Below are positions 11,075 to 22,099 of a DNA stretch of 64,000 nucleotides, piece by piece. Position 1 is the stretch's first letter. Every line of letters starts with the position of its first letter. A program made the position numbers and the translations under genes. The DNA is from Sodalis sp. (in: enterobacteria) (GTDB lineage Bacteria > Pseudomonadota > Gammaproteobacteria > Enterobacterales > Enterobacteriaceae). The stretch is from assembly GCF_036327475.1 (NCBI RefSeq), contig NZ_CP132913.1, positions 578,450 to 642,449 of the forward strand. Reading direction: 5' to 3'. The notes below the pieces were generated by a model that ran no database searches, was not told the origin of the DNA, and saw nothing but the letters and a program-made list of their open reading frames with translations.

Positions 11075-11872
11075 TTAGTTGGCATCGAGGTAGCGCTGCA
11101 TCTCCACGTGAAACAGGCGGCCGAAATTATCAGTGGTGGCGGCAGCCAATTGCGTCAGAGAGACGCCTTTCAATGCCGCCATAAACTCCGCCACATCGCG
11201 CACATAAGCCGGCTGATTTTCCTTGCCGCGATAAGGTACCGGGGCCAGGTAGGGGGAATCCGTTTCCACCAGCAGACGATCGAGAGGAATATAGCGCGCT
11301 GCCTCGCGCAGCGCTTCTGCATTGCGGAAAGTGACAATACCGGAGAAAGAGATGTAGAAACCCATATCCAGTAACGCCTTGGCGGTCGCCTGATCTTCGG
11401 TAAAGCAGTGAAGCACGCCGCTACAATCACCGGCCTGCTCCTCGCGCAAGATGGCTAGGGTATCTTCGCTGGCGCTGCGTGTATGCACGATGATCGGTTT
11501 ATTCAGTGCGCGCCCCACGCGAATATGTTCGCGAAACACCGCCTGCTGCTGCGCCTTGTTATCCTGCTGGTAGTAATAATCTAGACCGGTTTCGCCGAGC
11601 GCCACCACACTCTCTTGCGCTGCCAGACGCCGTAGCGCGGCGAAATTGTAAGGTTCATCAGGATTAAGGGGATGGATACCGCAGGAAAACAGTACATCAT
11701 CGCGTCGGCCGATCATGGCCGTCATGGCGTGAAAACCCGGCAATGTAGTGCAGACTGCCAGCATCAGTTTCACATCGCGCGCGCGCGCTTTGGCCGCAAC
11801 ATCCGCCACATCCCGATGCAGCGCTTGGTAATCCAGGGCATCAAGATGGCAATGGGAATCCACTAAAAACAT
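11075..11872 (-). CDS. ycfH: TatD-family metal-dependent hydrolase YcfH
   Basis: The 265-aa ORF MFLVDSHCHLDALDY...LLVETDSPYLAPVPYRGKENQPAYV is collinear with E. coli YcfH. Confidence 0.95.
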   Translation of the reverse strand: MFLVDSHCHLDALDYQALHRDVADVAAKARARDVKLMLAVCTTLPGFHAMTAMIGRRDDVLFSCGIHPLNPDEPYNFAALRRLAAQESVVALGETGLDYYYQQDNKAQQQAVFREHIRVGRALNKPIIVHTRSASEDTLAILREEQAGDCSGVLHCFTEDQATAKALLDMGFYISFSGIVTFRNAEALREAARYIPLDRLLVETDSPYLAPVPYRGKENQPAYVRDVAEFMAALKGVSLTQLAAATTDNFGRLFHVEMQRYLDAN

Positions 11873-11886
11873 AGTTCAACCTTAAA

Positions 11887-12876
11887 TCACTGGAAAGTAT
11901 AGGTATGGGCAACGCCTTTCTCCCAATCAAGCAAATGCTGGGTTAGCAATAGTTCGCGATTAACGCCGCTTATCTCCTGGCATTGGCGCAAACATAGCAG
12001 CCATTGCTGCCACTGCGCGTGCAGTACGCCAGCCGACCCGCGCGCCGCTAGCGCGGTAACTAGCGACGTCCTGTCGGCGTTGACTAGATATTCCTGCGCG
12101 CTCTGCTGCCACTTCAACGCATCAGTTAGCAGGCTAAGCAGCCAATGCAGTGGCTCGTCGTCTTTATCCCGATTCAGCGCTGGCAACAGCGTTAGAAAAT
12201 CGCCATTGGCCAACGCATCCTGTAACGCCGTGCACAGCGCCAATCGCGTCTGCCAGCGCGCCGGCTGAAGTAGCGCTTCCGCCGCCAGCGGCGCATTAGC
12301 GCACAGGCGTAGTGCGGTGCAGGCGGACAGTGTGTCGTCAAAACCCGCTTGTCCTAACCAGTACAGGCCCAGCGCCTCATTCGGGGCCAACAGAGGCCAA
12401 TAAAGGCATCGGCTTCTCAGGGTGGGCAACAGACGCGCTGGCTTTTTACAGACTAGCAGAAAATAGGTATCCTCCGGCGGCTCCTCTAGGGTTTTCAACA
12501 GTGCGTTGGCCGCCTGCTCGGTGAGTTGCTCGGCGTGTGGCAGCGAGACAACTTTCCTCCCCCTCTGGCGGGTGCGCCCATAGACGCTATCGATAATGGT
12601 GCGGATACTGTCCACTCCCAGAGTCTGTTCCTTCGGCTCCGGTTGATAAAAGTCGGGATGATTGCCGGCCATCATCAGCCGGCAGCTGTAGCAGACCCCG
12701 CAGCTTTTGCTATCATTCGGCTGCCGGCACATGAGCCAGCGGTTGATGGCGTAGCATAGCGACGCCTCGCCGTTGCCTGGCTGACTATGCAGCAACAGGG
12801 CGTGATGCCCGCGCCCTTGCTGATAACAAGACAGGATTTGTCGGTAGGGGGCGTTGAGCCAGGGATACCATTTCAT
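11887..12876 (-). CDS. holB: DNA polymerase III delta-prime subunit
   Basis: [31 protein letters not shown].. matches Hol[22 protein letters not shown]. The start ATG at 12876 overlaps the tmk stop (ATGA). Confidence 0.9.
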   Translation of the reverse strand: MKWYPWLNAPYRQILSCYQQGRGHHALLLHSQPGNGEASLCYAINRWLMCRQPNDSKSCGVCYSCRLMMAGNHPDFYQPEPKEQTLGVDSIRTIIDSVYGRTRQRGRKVVSLPHAEQLTEQAANALLKTLEEPPEDTYFLLVCKKPARLLPTLRSRCLYWPLLAPNEALGLYWLGQAGFDDTLSACTALRLCANAPLAAEALLQPARWQTRLALCTALQDALANGDFLTLLPALNRDKDDEPLHWLLSLLTDALKWQQSAQEYLVNADRTSLVTALAARGSAGVLHAQWQQWLLCLRQCQEISGVNRELLLTQHLLDWEKGVAHTYTFQ

Positions 12877-13514
12877 GTCGACGGCGCCTGCGCGCGTAGC
12901 CATTGCGTCAGTAGGGCGCGAATCGCGACGCTCACCGCGGCGAGCGGCTGGCTGGCGTCAATGGTCAGGATACGCGCGTCCGCCGCCGCCAGCGTCTGAT
13001 AGCGGGTGCAGGTACGCTCGAAAAACGCCAGCGACTCTACTTCGATCCGATCCAGCTCGCCGCGGGCGCGGGCGCGTGCCAGACCCAGCGCCGGTGGAAT
13101 ATCCAGATATAGCGTCAGGTCGGGGCGGAACTCGCCTAGTACCGTATCGCGCAGCGTTTGTAGCAGGCACGCATCCATGCCGCGTCCACCACCCTGATAG
13201 GCCTGTGACGACAGATCATGGCGGTCGCCCACCACCCAAGCGCCCCGGGCCAGCGCCGGCTTGATAACTCCCTCGACCAGCTGTACCCGCGCGGCATAAA
13301 GCATCAGCAATTCTGTACGATCGGTGATGGGCTCATCGCCTACGCCGTCTTTAATCAACACACGCAGCGCGTCGGCCAGCGGCGTACCGCCAGGTTCACG
13401 GGTACATACCACATCGCGAATCCCCTGTTGATGCAGAACGTCGACCACGTCGGCAACCGCGCTGGTTTTGCCGGCGCCTTCCAGGCCCTCGATCACGATG
13501 AATTTACTGTTCAT
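12873..13514 (-). CDS. tmk: thymidylate kinase
   Basis: [19 protein letters not shown]... and [25 protein letters not shown] are collinear with E. coli Tmk. The start is taken at the ATG at 13514, not at the long ORF-track start. Confidence 0.95.
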   Translation of the reverse strand: MNSKFIVIEGLEGAGKTSAVADVVDVLHQQGIRDVVCTREPGGTPLADALRVLIKDGVGDEPITDRTELLMLYAARVQLVEGVIKPALARGAWVVGDRHDLSSQAYQGGGRGMDACLLQTLRDTVLGEFRPDLTLYLDIPPALGLARARARGELDRIEVESLAFFERTCTRYQTLAAADARILTIDASQPLAAVSVAIRALLTQWLRAQAPST

Positions 13515-14529
13515 GATTTTCCTTTGCGTTCTGCTGCTGGCGATAGTACTGTACCGCCCGGTTATGGTTCGCCAAATTGGTGGTAAACACATGACCACCG
13601 CGCCCGTCGGCGACGAAATAGAGGTAGGCGCTTTTCTCTGGGTGCGCAGCCGCCTCCAGTGAAGCCTGGCCGGGCATTGCAATCGGCGTTGGTGGCAGCC
13701 CGGTAATGATATAGGTATTATACGGCGTCGGCGTCGCTAAATCCTGCCGCGTAATACCGCCGCGATAATTTTCGCCCATACCGTAGATAACCGTTGGATC
13801 GGTTTGCAGTTTAATGCCGATACGCAGCCGGTTAATAAACACCGACGCAACACGCGCCCGCTCCTCTTTCACCCCGGTCTCTTTCTCAACGATGGATGCC
13901 ATAATCAACAGCGCCTGCGGCGTCTTGTACGGCAGGCCCTCGGCCCGACCCTGCCAAATCTGCGCCAGTGTAGTATTCATGCGCCGGCGCGCGCGCTTGA
14001 GAATCGCGCTTTCAGGAGCATTGGCAGTATAAAGATAGGTATCGGGATAAAACTGCCCCTCCAGCACATTATCCACCACCTCGCCGAGTTTCGCGCCCAG
14101 CGTCTGCGCGGTGGCACCCTGCAGATCATGCTTCATATACGGCGCCCGTCCGAGAATGACCAGCCATTCTTTCAGCGTTGATCCTTCAATAAAGCGGATG
14201 GAAAACTGTGCCTCTTTGCCGCTGACAAGCAGTTGCAGTAGATCGCGCACCGTCATTCCAGGCTTCAGTCGATAGGTGCCGGCCTTAACCGGCGCCAACG
14301 ACGACTCCAGCTCCATAAGCCATGGCAGCCAGCCGAGATGTCGTGCCAACTGCTGTTGACGCAACAACTGTTGAAGATCGTCGCGACCACTTCCAGCCGG
14401 CAAGGTAAAAATTATTTCCTGTTTGATGATCAATTGTTCAGCAGCAAAATGTTTGATCCGCAACAGGCAGCCGATGACCAGCGCTATCAGCACCAGCGGC
14501 AGGATAATGAGAAACCTTTTCTTTTTCAT
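13504..14529 (-). CDS. mltG: MltG (YceG) endolytic murein transglycosylase
   Basis: [14 protein letters not shown].. is an N-terminal TM segment. ..[53 protein letters not shown] matches MltG. The stop overlaps the tmk start. Confidence 0.95.
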   Translation of the reverse strand: MKKKRFLIILPLVLIALVIGCLLRIKHFAAEQLIIKQEIIFTLPAGSGRDDLQQLLRQQQLARHLGWLPWLMELESSLAPVKAGTYRLKPGMTVRDLLQLLVSGKEAQFSIRFIEGSTLKEWLVILGRAPYMKHDLQGATAQTLGAKLGEVVDNVLEGQFYPDTYLYTANAPESAILKRARRRMNTTLAQIWQGRAEGLPYKTPQALLIMASIVEKETGVKEERARVASVFINRLRIGIKLQTDPTVIYGMGENYRGGITRQDLATPTPYNTYIITGLPPTPIAMPGQASLEAAAHPEKSAYLYFVADGRGGHVFTTNLANHNRAVQYYRQQQNAKENHEQ

Positions 14530-14614
14530 CGACAAGCGCACGCTCCCTTCCCAGCTAACAGGCCAATCGCACACTGACTAAAAATCAACATAACAACCTC
14601 ACGTCCGGCGTCGG

Positions 14615-15412
14615 TCAACACAGCGGACTAAGCTGCAGGTAGAGCGTTCTGTCGGCATATTGCCGAGTGTCTATCGCCCGCACCGGCATCACCGGCAAGA
14701 GGGCACTGGTGATAAACACCTCATCCGCCATGGTCAGGGCATCGGGCCCGACGCTCACTTCCTCCAGCGAGTAGCCCAGTGCCGGCAGCAACGACATGAC
14801 GTGGCGGCGCATCACGCCGGCGACGCCAGCATAACACAGCGCAGGGGTGAACACCTCTCGCCCCTGGCGCCAGAAAATATTGGCGCTGCAGCACTCTACC
14901 ACCACACCCTCGGTGTCCAGAACCAACGCCTCGTCCGTGCCGTCGCGGTCCAAGTAGGCGCGCACGAGCACCTGTTCCAAACGATTATTGTGCTTAATAC
15001 CTGCCAGCAGCGGATTACGCGCCAGACGCACCGGGCTTAGGCTCAACCGCATGCCCTCCTGGTGCCAACGGGGATACTGCGCCGGCGCAGAGGTGCGTGC
15101 AACGATGCGCTGCGGCGCGTCGCAACCGCGAAAGCTATAGCCTCTGCCGCCGCTGCCGCGGCTTATTAGTGCTTTGATCACGCCATCGCCGCCGCCATGT
15201 GTGGCCGCCAGCATTTCACGACGCAGGGCGTCGACATCGAATGGCGTGAACAGTAAGCGCTGCGCTGCCTGTGCCAACCGTTCGAGATGCCACGTCAGCA
15301 AAGGAATGTCTCCATCAAGCAACCGGGCAGTGGTGAAGAAACCATCGCCGAAATGTACGGCACGATCAGTGAGTGGCAATTGTGCCTGTGAGATACCGTT
15401 GATCCAGTACAT
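14615..15412 (-). CDS. pabC: aminodeoxychorismate lyase
   Basis: The 265-aa ORF with ..FGDGFFTTARLLDG.., ISRGSGGRGYS and LAGIKHNNRLEQVL is collinear with E. coli PabC. Confidence 0.9.
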   Translation of the reverse strand: MYWINGISQAQLPLTDRAVHFGDGFFTTARLLDGDIPLLTWHLERLAQAAQRLLFTPFDVDALRREMLAATHGGGDGVIKALISRGSGGRGYSFRGCDAPQRIVARTSAPAQYPRWHQEGMRLSLSPVRLARNPLLAGIKHNNRLEQVLVRAYLDRDGTDEALVLDTEGVVVECCSANIFWRQGREVFTPALCYAGVAGVMRRHVMSLLPALGYSLEEVSVGPDALTMADEVFITSALLPVMPVRAIDTRQYADRTLYLQLSPLC

Positions 15413-15483
15413 TTCTCCTCCTCTGGGCCGGTCGCGGAAGACTAAATATGGCTCGATAACGGGCCATTAAGAACATGCTACGA

Positions 15484-16698
15484 TTAAATCGCGTGGAACA
15501 CCAGCGAGCCGTTGCTCACACCGAAGCTGAACGAGTTGCACAAGGTATAATCCATCCCCTTGACCAGACGCACCTCTTTTGGCACAGAGTCCAGATCATC
15601 GGGATTATCCATGTTAATGGTCGGTGGAATCGCCTGATCGCGTAACGCCAACACGCTGAAGATGGCTTCGTGGCGCCGGCCACCCCCAGCAGATGCCCCG
15701 TCATCGACCTCGTGGAGCTCACCATCACTTTGCCGGTGGATTCGGCGAATACTGCTTTCACCGCCTGGGTTTCGGCTTTGAGGTACCGTGCAGATATAGG
15801 CCACCTGCACCTGCGTTATGCCCGCATCGCGCAGCGCATTGATCATCGATCGATCGCGCGGCGCTGTTGCTGTCATCTGGTAGCGAGGTCATGTGGTACA
15901 CATCACCGCTTATGCCAAATCCGACCACTTCAGCGTAGATTTTCGCGCCACCTCGTTTAGCGTGCTCATAACTCCTCCAGCGCCATCATGCCAGCGCCGT
16001 CGCCAAGAACGAAACCGTCGCGATCGCGATCCCGAGGACGGCTTGCAACCTGGGGATCGTCGTTTCGGGTCGACAGCGCCCACACCGCGCCAAAACCGCC
16101 AACGCCCAGCGGCGTGCTGCCTTTCTCAGGGCTTCCCGCCAGCATCACGTCAGCGTTGTCATAAGCGATAGTGCGTACCGCATAGTCGATATTATGCACG
16201 CCGGTGGTACAGGCGATGGCATATGGAGATACTCAGCCCGCGCAGGCCACACAGATGGACAAATGGCCTACACCATATTGAGAATGATCTAGGGGATGAA
16301 GAACGGGCTGATTTTGCGCGGTACGCCGTTCATCAGGGCGCTATGATTCTCTTCAATCAGCCCGAGGCCGCCGATACCCAAACCGATGGCCGCTCCGACA
16401 CGATCGGCGCTTTCTTCGGTCACCACCAGGCCGGAGTCCCGCATATCTGGAGGCCGGCGGCGACGCCATACTGGGTGAAGGCATCCACCTTGTGAGCTTC
16501 TTTGCGCGACAGATAATCTTTAAAATTAAAATTTTTAACTAAGCCTGCAAAACGTGTTGCATAGGCAGTAGTATCAAAATGCTTGATCAGGCTGATGCAA
16601 CTCTGTCCGGTAAAGAGTGCGCTCCACGTAGATTCTACGGTATTGCAAACAGGAGACAACGTGCCAAGTCCGGTCACAACTACTCGACGCTTAGACAC
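15484..16698 (-). pseudogene. fabF: fabF (beta-ketoacyl-ACP synthase II) pseudogene
   Basis: The FabF sequence is split over at least 4 frame segments. These are [17 protein letters not shown].. (16698-16420), ..[37 protein letters not shown].. (16199-15966), ..[12 protein letters not shown].. (15761-15516) and ..[18 protein letters not shown]...[10 protein letters not shown] (to 15484). Confidence 0.9.
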
Positions 16699-16730
16699 GT
16701 TTGTACTCCAGGAGGTAGTTTACTGTGGGA

Positions 16731-16760
16731 CTAAAAACTTAGGCGATCGAGTGATCGCCT
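16731..16760 (-). terminator. probable rho-independent terminator/attenuator downstream of acpP
   Basis: A perfect 8-bp stem AGGCGATC / GATCGCCT with a 4-nt loop lies at 16741-16760. On the minus strand it is followed by AAGTTTTTAG. The position between acpP and fabF matches E. coli. Confidence 0.55.
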
Positions 16761-16772
16761 AGAGATATTCAC

Positions 16773-17009
16773 TTACTGCTGGCTTGCCTGAATAAAATCA
16801 ATTGCTGCCTGAACAGTAGTGATTTTCTCAGCTTCTTCATCCGGAATTTCGGTATCGAACTCTTCTTCCAGTGCCATTACCAACTCAACAGTGTCAAGAG
16901 AGTCAGCACCGAGGTCGTCAACGAAAGAAGCATTATTTACGACCTCTTCTTTCTTAACGCCCAGTTGCTCAGCGATGATTGCCTTAACGCTTTCTTCGAT
17001 AGTGCTCAT
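16773..17009 (-). CDS. acpP: acyl carrier protein
   Basis: The 78-aa [73 protein letters not shown] is near-identical to E. coli AcpP, including the DSLD phosphopantetheine site. Confidence 0.97.
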   Translation of the reverse strand: MSTIEESVKAIIAEQLGVKKEEVVNNASFVDDLGADSLDTVELVMALEEEFDTEIPDEEAEKITTVQAAIDFIQASQQ

Positions 17010-17163
17010 GCTCTTAAATTTCCTATCAAAACTCGCTTACGCGATGGTTTTCGTAGTGTATAAAATGTTGGAAAAGATACAACTCAATCCCGGCTAGCCG
17101 AACCACGATTTTATGATATTTTGCGGTTTTTACCACAAATAACACAAATGATTTTCGTGCTTT

Positions 17164-17898
17164 TTACAGCATATACATGCCGCCATTGACATGTATCGTT
17201 TCGCCGGTAATGTATGCCGCCTCCTCAGAGGCGAAAAAAGTGACAGCACTGGCGATTTCTTTCGGATAACCGAGACGATTTGCCGGAATTTTGGACAAAA
17301 TGTCCGCACGGCGCTCATCTGTCAACGCTTCGGTCATATCTGTCACGATAAATCCCGGCGCCACCACGTTAACCGTAATGCCGCGTGAGGCGACTTCACG
17401 CGCAAGCGATTTACTAAAGCCAATTAACCCTGCCTTGGAAGCGGCATAATTGGCCTGTCCCGTATTACCCATGGCGCCAACAACAGAACCAATTGTAATA
17501 ATTCTGCCGTAGCGCTTTTTCATCATGGCTCGTATTACTGCTTTTGACATGCGGAATACGGACGTCAGATTGGTATCAAGAATAGACTGCCATTCGTCTT
17601 CTTTCATGCGCATCAGCAGATTATCACGCGTAATGCCAGCATTGTTCACCAAAATATCCGCGTCGCCAAATTCTGCGTGGATTTTCTCTAAAAAAGCCTC
17701 TATGGAATCGTTGCTGGAAACATCTAATTCCATTCCTTTACCGCTGTTGCCAAGATAGGCGCTGATAGCAGCCGCGCCTGACTCACTGGTAGCGGTACCA
17801 ATCACAGTCGCGCCACGCGCCGCGAGCGTTTCCGCTATCGCGCAGCCAATACCCCGGCTAGCGCCGGTCACCAGCGCAATTTTACCTTCAAAGCTCAT
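17164..17898 (-). CDS. fabG: 3-oxoacyl-ACP reductase
   Basis: MSFEGKIALVTGASRGIG...NYAASKAGLIGFSKSLAREVASRGITVNVVAPGF.. gives 244 aa from the ATG at 17898, collinear with E. coli FabG. Confidence 0.95.
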   Translation of the reverse strand: MSFEGKIALVTGASRGIGCAIAETLAARGATVIGTATSESGAAAISAYLGNSGKGMELDVSSNDSIEAFLEKIHAEFGDADILVNNAGITRDNLLMRMKEDEWQSILDTNLTSVFRMSKAVIRAMMKKRYGRIITIGSVVGAMGNTGQANYAASKAGLIGFSKSLAREVASRGITVNVVAPGFIVTDMTEALTDERRADILSKIPANRLGYPKEIASAVTFFASEEAAYITGETIHVNGGMYML

Positions 17899-17912
17899 CT
17901 GTAACCCCAATG

Positions 17913-18842
17913 TTAAAGTTCAATCGCTGCGGCCAGCGAGGCGGGATCGTTTACCACCGCGCCAGACAGGGTGCCGACTATACGTTTTGTCAGTCCGGTA
18001 AGCACCTTACCCGAGCCGACTTCCAATAACACCTCTACGCCCTGGGCCGCGAGGTACTCCACGGTTTCAGTCCAGCGCACTGGGCTATAAAGCTGGCGCA
18101 CCAATGCTTGACGGATGGCCGCCGGATCCTGCTCCACGCGTACATCAACGTTATTGATCACCGGGATCTGCGGCGCGACAAATGTTACCGCTTCCAACGC
18201 CTGCGCCAATTTCTCCGCGGCTGGCTTCATTAGGGCACAATGGGACGGCACACTGACCTGCAACGGCAACACGCGCTTGGCCCCGGCTTCCTTACAGAAC
18301 ACACCGGCCCGTTCCACCGCTTCCTTATGCCCGGCGATAACCACCTGACCCGGAGAATTGAAACTCACCGGTGAAACCACTTGCCCCTGAGCCGCCTTCT
18401 CACAGGCGGCGGCGATAGCATCGTTGTCCAACCCGATGATAGCGGACATTGCGCCGCTACTGGCCGGCACCGCTTCCTGCATTAGTTTGCCGCGCAGCGC
18501 CACCAGCGCAATTGCCGTGGTGAAATCCAGACTGTCGGCGCAAACCAGCGCCGAATACTCACCCAAACTGTGGCCAGCTAGCAGCGCCGGCGCCCGCCCG
18601 CCCTGCTGTTGCCAGACGCGCCACAGCGCAACAGATGACGCCAATAATGCCGGCTGTGTCTGCCAGGTTTTGTTTAGCTCTTCAGCCGGACCTTGCTGCA
18701 CCCGCTGCCACAAATCATAGCCCAGAGCGACGGAAGCTTCGACAAACGTCGCCTCGATCACCGCGTGCTCTGCCGCCAACTTCGCCAGCATCCCCACCGT
18801 CTGAGAGCCCTGTCCTGGAAATACCATGGCAAAAACAGTCAT
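17913..18842 (-). CDS. fabD: malonyl-CoA:ACP transacylase
   Basis: The 309-aa ORF with MTVFAMVFPGQGSQTVGML.. and GHSLGEYSALV is collinear with E. coli FabD. Confidence 0.95.
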   Translation of the reverse strand: MTVFAMVFPGQGSQTVGMLAKLAAEHAVIEATFVEASVALGYDLWQRVQQGPAEELNKTWQTQPALLASSVALWRVWQQQGGRAPALLAGHSLGEYSALVCADSLDFTTAIALVALRGKLMQEAVPASSGAMSAIIGLDNDAIAAACEKAAQGQVVSPVSFNSPGQVVIAGHKEAVERAGVFCKEAGAKRVLPLQVSVPSHCALMKPAAEKLAQALEAVTFVAPQIPVINNVDVRVEQDPAAIRQALVRQLYSPVRWTETVEYLAAQGVEVLLEVGSGKVLTGLTKRIVGTLSGAVVNDPASLAAAIEL

Positions 18843-18862
18843 TAATTATGCTTCCTGTAAGA

Positions 18863-19816
18863 TTAAAACCGTAACAGCGCGGAACCCCAGGTGAAACCGC
18901 CACCAAAGGCTTCAAGCAGCACCAACTGTCCAGGCTGAATGCGCCCGTCGCGCACCGCTTCATCGAGCGCTAGCGGCACTGAAGCGGCGGAGGTATTGCC
19001 GTGCCTATTCAGTGTGACCACCACTTTTTCCATGCCCACTCCCAGGCGTTTAGCGGTGGCAGTGATGATACGCAGATTTGCCTGATGCGGCACTAGCCAG
19101 TCCAGCTCACTGCGATCGAGCGCGTTGGCGCTGAGCGTTTCGTCAACGATATGCGCCTGTTCGGTGACCGCCACCTTGAACACTTCGTTACCAGACATCG
19201 TAAGGTAAGCGGGAACGGCGGGATCGAGGCGATTATGATACGGCAGCATCAGCAGATCGCCATAGCGGCCATCGGCGTGCAAATGCGTGGAAATGATGCC
19301 AGGTGTCGCCGAGCGTCCGAGTACCACCGCGCCCGCCCCATCACCGAACAGAATCAACGTACCGCGATCCTCGGGGTCTAGGGTATGGCTTAACGCATCG
19401 GATCCTACCACCAGTGCATACTCGACCGCGCTGTTTTTAATATAGGTATCCGCTACCCCGAACGCATAGGCAAAACCGGCGCAGGCCGCCGCCATATCGA
19501 AAGCGATGCAGTCGCTGATCCCAAGGTCGCGCTGAATCTGACAGGCTGAACTGGGAAAGGCGTGGCTGGACGAGGTGGTGGCGACAATCACCATGCCGAC
19601 TTTCTTCGCCTCGATGCCGGCCATATTCAGTGCTTGTTCAGCGGCATGACGACCCATGCTTGAGACGGTTTCATCAGCACTGGCGATGCGGCGTTCGCGG
19701 ATGCCTGTTCGGGTAACAATCCATTCATCCGAAGTGTCCACCATTTTTTCCAGGTCGGCGTTAGACCGGATTTGCGCCGGAAGATAGCTTCCAGTTCCGA
19801 GAATCTTAGTAAACAT
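18863..19816 (-). CDS. fabH: beta-ketoacyl-ACP synthase III
   Basis: The 317-aa [45 protein letters not shown]... is collinear with E. coli FabH. Confidence 0.95.
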   Translation of the reverse strand: MFTKILGTGSYLPAQIRSNADLEKMVDTSDEWIVTRTGIRERRIASADETVSSMGRHAAEQALNMAGIEAKKVGMVIVATTSSSHAFPSSACQIQRDLGISDCIAFDMAAACAGFAYAFGVADTYIKNSAVEYALVVGSDALSHTLDPEDRGTLILFGDGAGAVVLGRSATPGIISTHLHADGRYGDLLMLPYHNRLDPAVPAYLTMSGNEVFKVAVTEQAHIVDETLSANALDRSELDWLVPHQANLRIITATAKRLGVGMEKVVVTLNRHGNTSAASVPLALDEAVRDGRIQPGQLVLLEAFGGGFTWGSALLRF

Positions 19817-19822
19817 GTACGC

Positions 19823-20857
19823 TTAATCACTCTTGGGTAGTACCGCATCCAGGCGTGCGACAATCCGCTCCGAGATCTGCCGCTCCACCGCTTTCATTGC
19901 CTGTTCAATAGCAGCGGTAAACGCGCGCTGATTTGCCGCACCGTGGCTTTTAATTACGGTACCTTGTAAACCTATCAAGCAAGCGCCATTATATTGATCT
20001 GGATTCAGTTGCCCGAATTGATGAATCAGGCAACGTTTCATCCAGCGCTTGACCCATTGCATCAGCCAACCCTGCCTGCCGCTTTTTCCAGAGGGTTTCA
20101 GTAATGACAGAAAAACTCTTATCACCCCTTCCATAGTTTTTAGTGTGACATTACCAGCAAAACCGTCACAGACTAGGACATCGGTTTTTCCCGTCAATAA
20201 TTCATTGGCTTCAAGATAGCCGATATAATTGATTGACGGAATATCTCGTAACAGTGCCGCCGCATGCTGAATAGGGTCGAGACCCTTGGTTTCTTCCTCG
20301 CCGATATTCAAAAGTGCTATGCGCGGGTTATTCACCCCCACGATGTGCTCCGACATCACCGCGCCCATGACAGCAAATTGTGCCAACATAGAAGCGTCAC
20401 AGGCGACGTTGGCACCTAAATCCAGCATCACTGTTTTGCCCTGCTTTTGATGAGGCAAAACCACCATTAGCGCTGGTCGCTCAATACCCTCGATGGGTTT
20501 TAGCACCAACTTCGCCAGTCCCATCAACGCGCCGGTATTGCCGGCGCTGACGCAGGCCTGGGCGCGGTCGCTCTTGATAAGCTCCAGCGCAACGCGCATG
20601 GATGTTCCACGGCTGGCCCGTATGGCCTGCGACGGTTTGGCGTCACTGGTCATAACCGATTCAGCTGGTATGACAGTCAATCGCTCGCGCAGAGCGGAAT
20701 CGGGTTTTACCAGTAAAGGATTTATCGCTGCGGGATTGCCGGTGAGCAGCAGCTCAAGTTGCGGATACAAGACCAGTGCCTGCAATGCTGCAGGCACCGT
20801 CACTGCGGGACCAAAGTCACCACCCATTGCATCTAACGCAATGGTTAGACGTCTCAA
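19823..20857 (-). CDS. plsX: phosphate acyltransferase PlsX
   Basis: The 344-aa ORF has a TTG start. It contains [16 protein letters not shown].. and ..[10 protein letters not shown].., and is collinear with E. coli PlsX. Confidence 0.95.
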   Translation of the reverse strand: MRRLTIALDAMGGDFGPAVTVPAALQALVLYPQLELLLTGNPAAINPLLVKPDSALRERLTVIPAESVMTSDAKPSQAIRASRGTSMRVALELIKSDRAQACVSAGNTGALMGLAKLVLKPIEGIERPALMVVLPHQKQGKTVMLDLGANVACDASMLAQFAVMGAVMSEHIVGVNNPRIALLNIGEEETKGLDPIQHAAALLRDIPSINYIGYLEANELLTGKTDVLVCDGFAGNVTLKTMEGVIRVFLSLLKPSGKSGRQGWLMQWVKRWMKRCLIHQFGQLNPDQYNGACLIGLQGTVIKSHGAANQRAFTAAIEQAMKAVERQISERIVARLDAVLPKSD

Positions 20858-20872
20858 TGTATCGCCTTTGAA

Positions 20873-21043
20873 TTACTTGGCGATAACTTTACGACCGCGG
20901 TAGAATCCGTCGGCGGTGATGTGGTGACGCAGGTGGGTTTCACCAGAAGCTTTGTCCACAGATATAGTGGAGGTGGCCAGCGCGTTGTGGGAACGGCGCA
21001 TACCACGTTTGGAACGGGTGGGTTTGCTTTGTTGTACGGCCAT
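20873..21043 (-). CDS. rpmF: 50S ribosomal protein L32
   Basis: My own translation is [56 protein letters not shown] (56 aa). It falls below the ORF-track length cutoff and matches E. coli L32. Confidence 0.9.
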   Translation of the reverse strand: MAVQQSKPTRSKRGMRRSHNALATSTISVDKASGETHLRHHITADGFYRGRKVIAK

Positions 21044-21063
21044 GGATCTTATTCCTCGATTAC

Positions 21064-21602
21064 TTATGCTTTAAACTGGCTAATACGGAAAATGGATTAA
21101 GTTCTTCCCTTGGCGGGCAGTTCATTAAATACCCGTTCTATTGCGGACACCTCACAGTGTGGTCATGTACCGGCGCGATAGGAAAAGAAAGAATAATTCA
21201 ATCATTTCAAACAAATACACCTCGCCAAATTCATCGACGTAGACTGCCTCACATGCTCCCGGCAATGCTTCAGCCTGCTCGCCGCAGATGACCAGACTGA
21301 AACTGAATGTCGTGTAAACCTGAGTCGTGTTAACCTGATACGCAACGGCTAGTTGCAACGCCGGCAGCGCAGAGTCACTTCTACGTCCGCGTGCCTGCCA
21401 ATCACCGCCAGGTACTGGTTATCGACTGCGAACGACAACGCGGCCTCAACATCAACATCAACATCAACATCACTCTCCACACTCACCACGGATTCAGGCA
21501 ACACGAATTACCCGCTCAGGCACTAGACTAACAGTGTAGTCCAGGTGTTCCTGAGCGGCGCGTACCGCATTCAGTAGTCAAGGGTAATTTGACCTTTTGC
21601 AT
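21064..21602 (-). pseudogene. yceD: yceD (DUF177, large-subunit rRNA accumulation protein) pseudogene
   Basis: MQKVKLPLT.. at 21602 matches the YceD start. The segments ..RVAESVVSVESDVDVDVDVEAALSFAVDNQYLAV.., ..QVYTTFSFSLV..EQAEALP..VDEFGEV.. and ..ILSFPIAPVHD.. / ..[12 protein letters not shown] lie in different frames, and in-frame stops are present. Confidence 0.8.
21446..21472. repeat. hexanucleotide microsatellite (TCAACA)x4.5 inside the yceD pseudogene
   Basis: tcaacatcaacatcaacatcaacatca encodes (DV)n on the minus strand. Confidence 0.95.
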
Positions 21603-21729
21603 ATGGCGCGCATATTAACTTTGTAACGAGCGGGCGTCAAAGAAAAGAGTGCCTTGCGCCGCTTTCCCCTCATATTCGCTACAGTCTAAAATAGAGCGGT
21701 CATTTTTGCCATACTTGGGTAACAGTGCC

Positions 21730-22080
21730 ATGAATAAAATTGTATTGGCCCCTTCTTCTACATACTGCTGCGCGCTGATGGAGAAACTGAAAATACCGCT
21801 GGATTACCTGGCACCAGATATCGATGAAACCCCTCTCTCGCAGGTAAAAGGGCGGCGCAAATGGTGCAGCGTCTGGCCAGCGCGAAAGCGCAGGCGCTGG
21901 CCGACAGATATCCCCGCCACCTGATGATCGGTTCCGATCAGCGCTGCGTGTTTAGCTGGCCAGATCACGGGCAAGCCGTTAACAGAAGCACATGCCATTG
22001 CGCAGCTCACCCGCGCTTCCGGCAAAGCGGTAACGTTTAGGTCTTTTCGGACGCTGGAGGACGCGGAAATCGCCGACTAA
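21730..22080 (+). pseudogene. yceF: maf/yceF (Maf-like nucleotide pyrophosphatase) pseudogene, frameshifted and 3'-truncated
   Basis: MNKIVLAPSSTY..ALMEKLKIPLDYLAPDIDETPLSQ matches YceF [35 protein letters not shown]. There is a frameshift after ~38 codons (..RLASAKAQALADRYPRHLMIGSDQ in another frame). Only ~350 of ~585 nt remain before the rluC 3' end. Confidence 0.7.
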
Positions 22081-22099
22081 TGGCGCTCGCCCGAAACGG

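Noticed and set aside
12854-13264. Numerous 60-180-aa ORFs antisense to or overlapping real genes, e.g. 12854-13264, 22250-22786, 13804-14181, 14660-15040, 20493-20903 and 5443-5760.
   Set aside because: They lie opposite strongly supported conserved genes and have Arg/Ala/Pro-rich, low-complexity translations typical of GC-rich antisense frames.
21603-21729. The yceD-maf intergenic region, where E. coli encodes the sRNA SraB.
   Set aside because: It is only ~127 bp. I cannot recall the SraB sequence well enough to align it, and I saw no clear promoter-plus-terminator pair.
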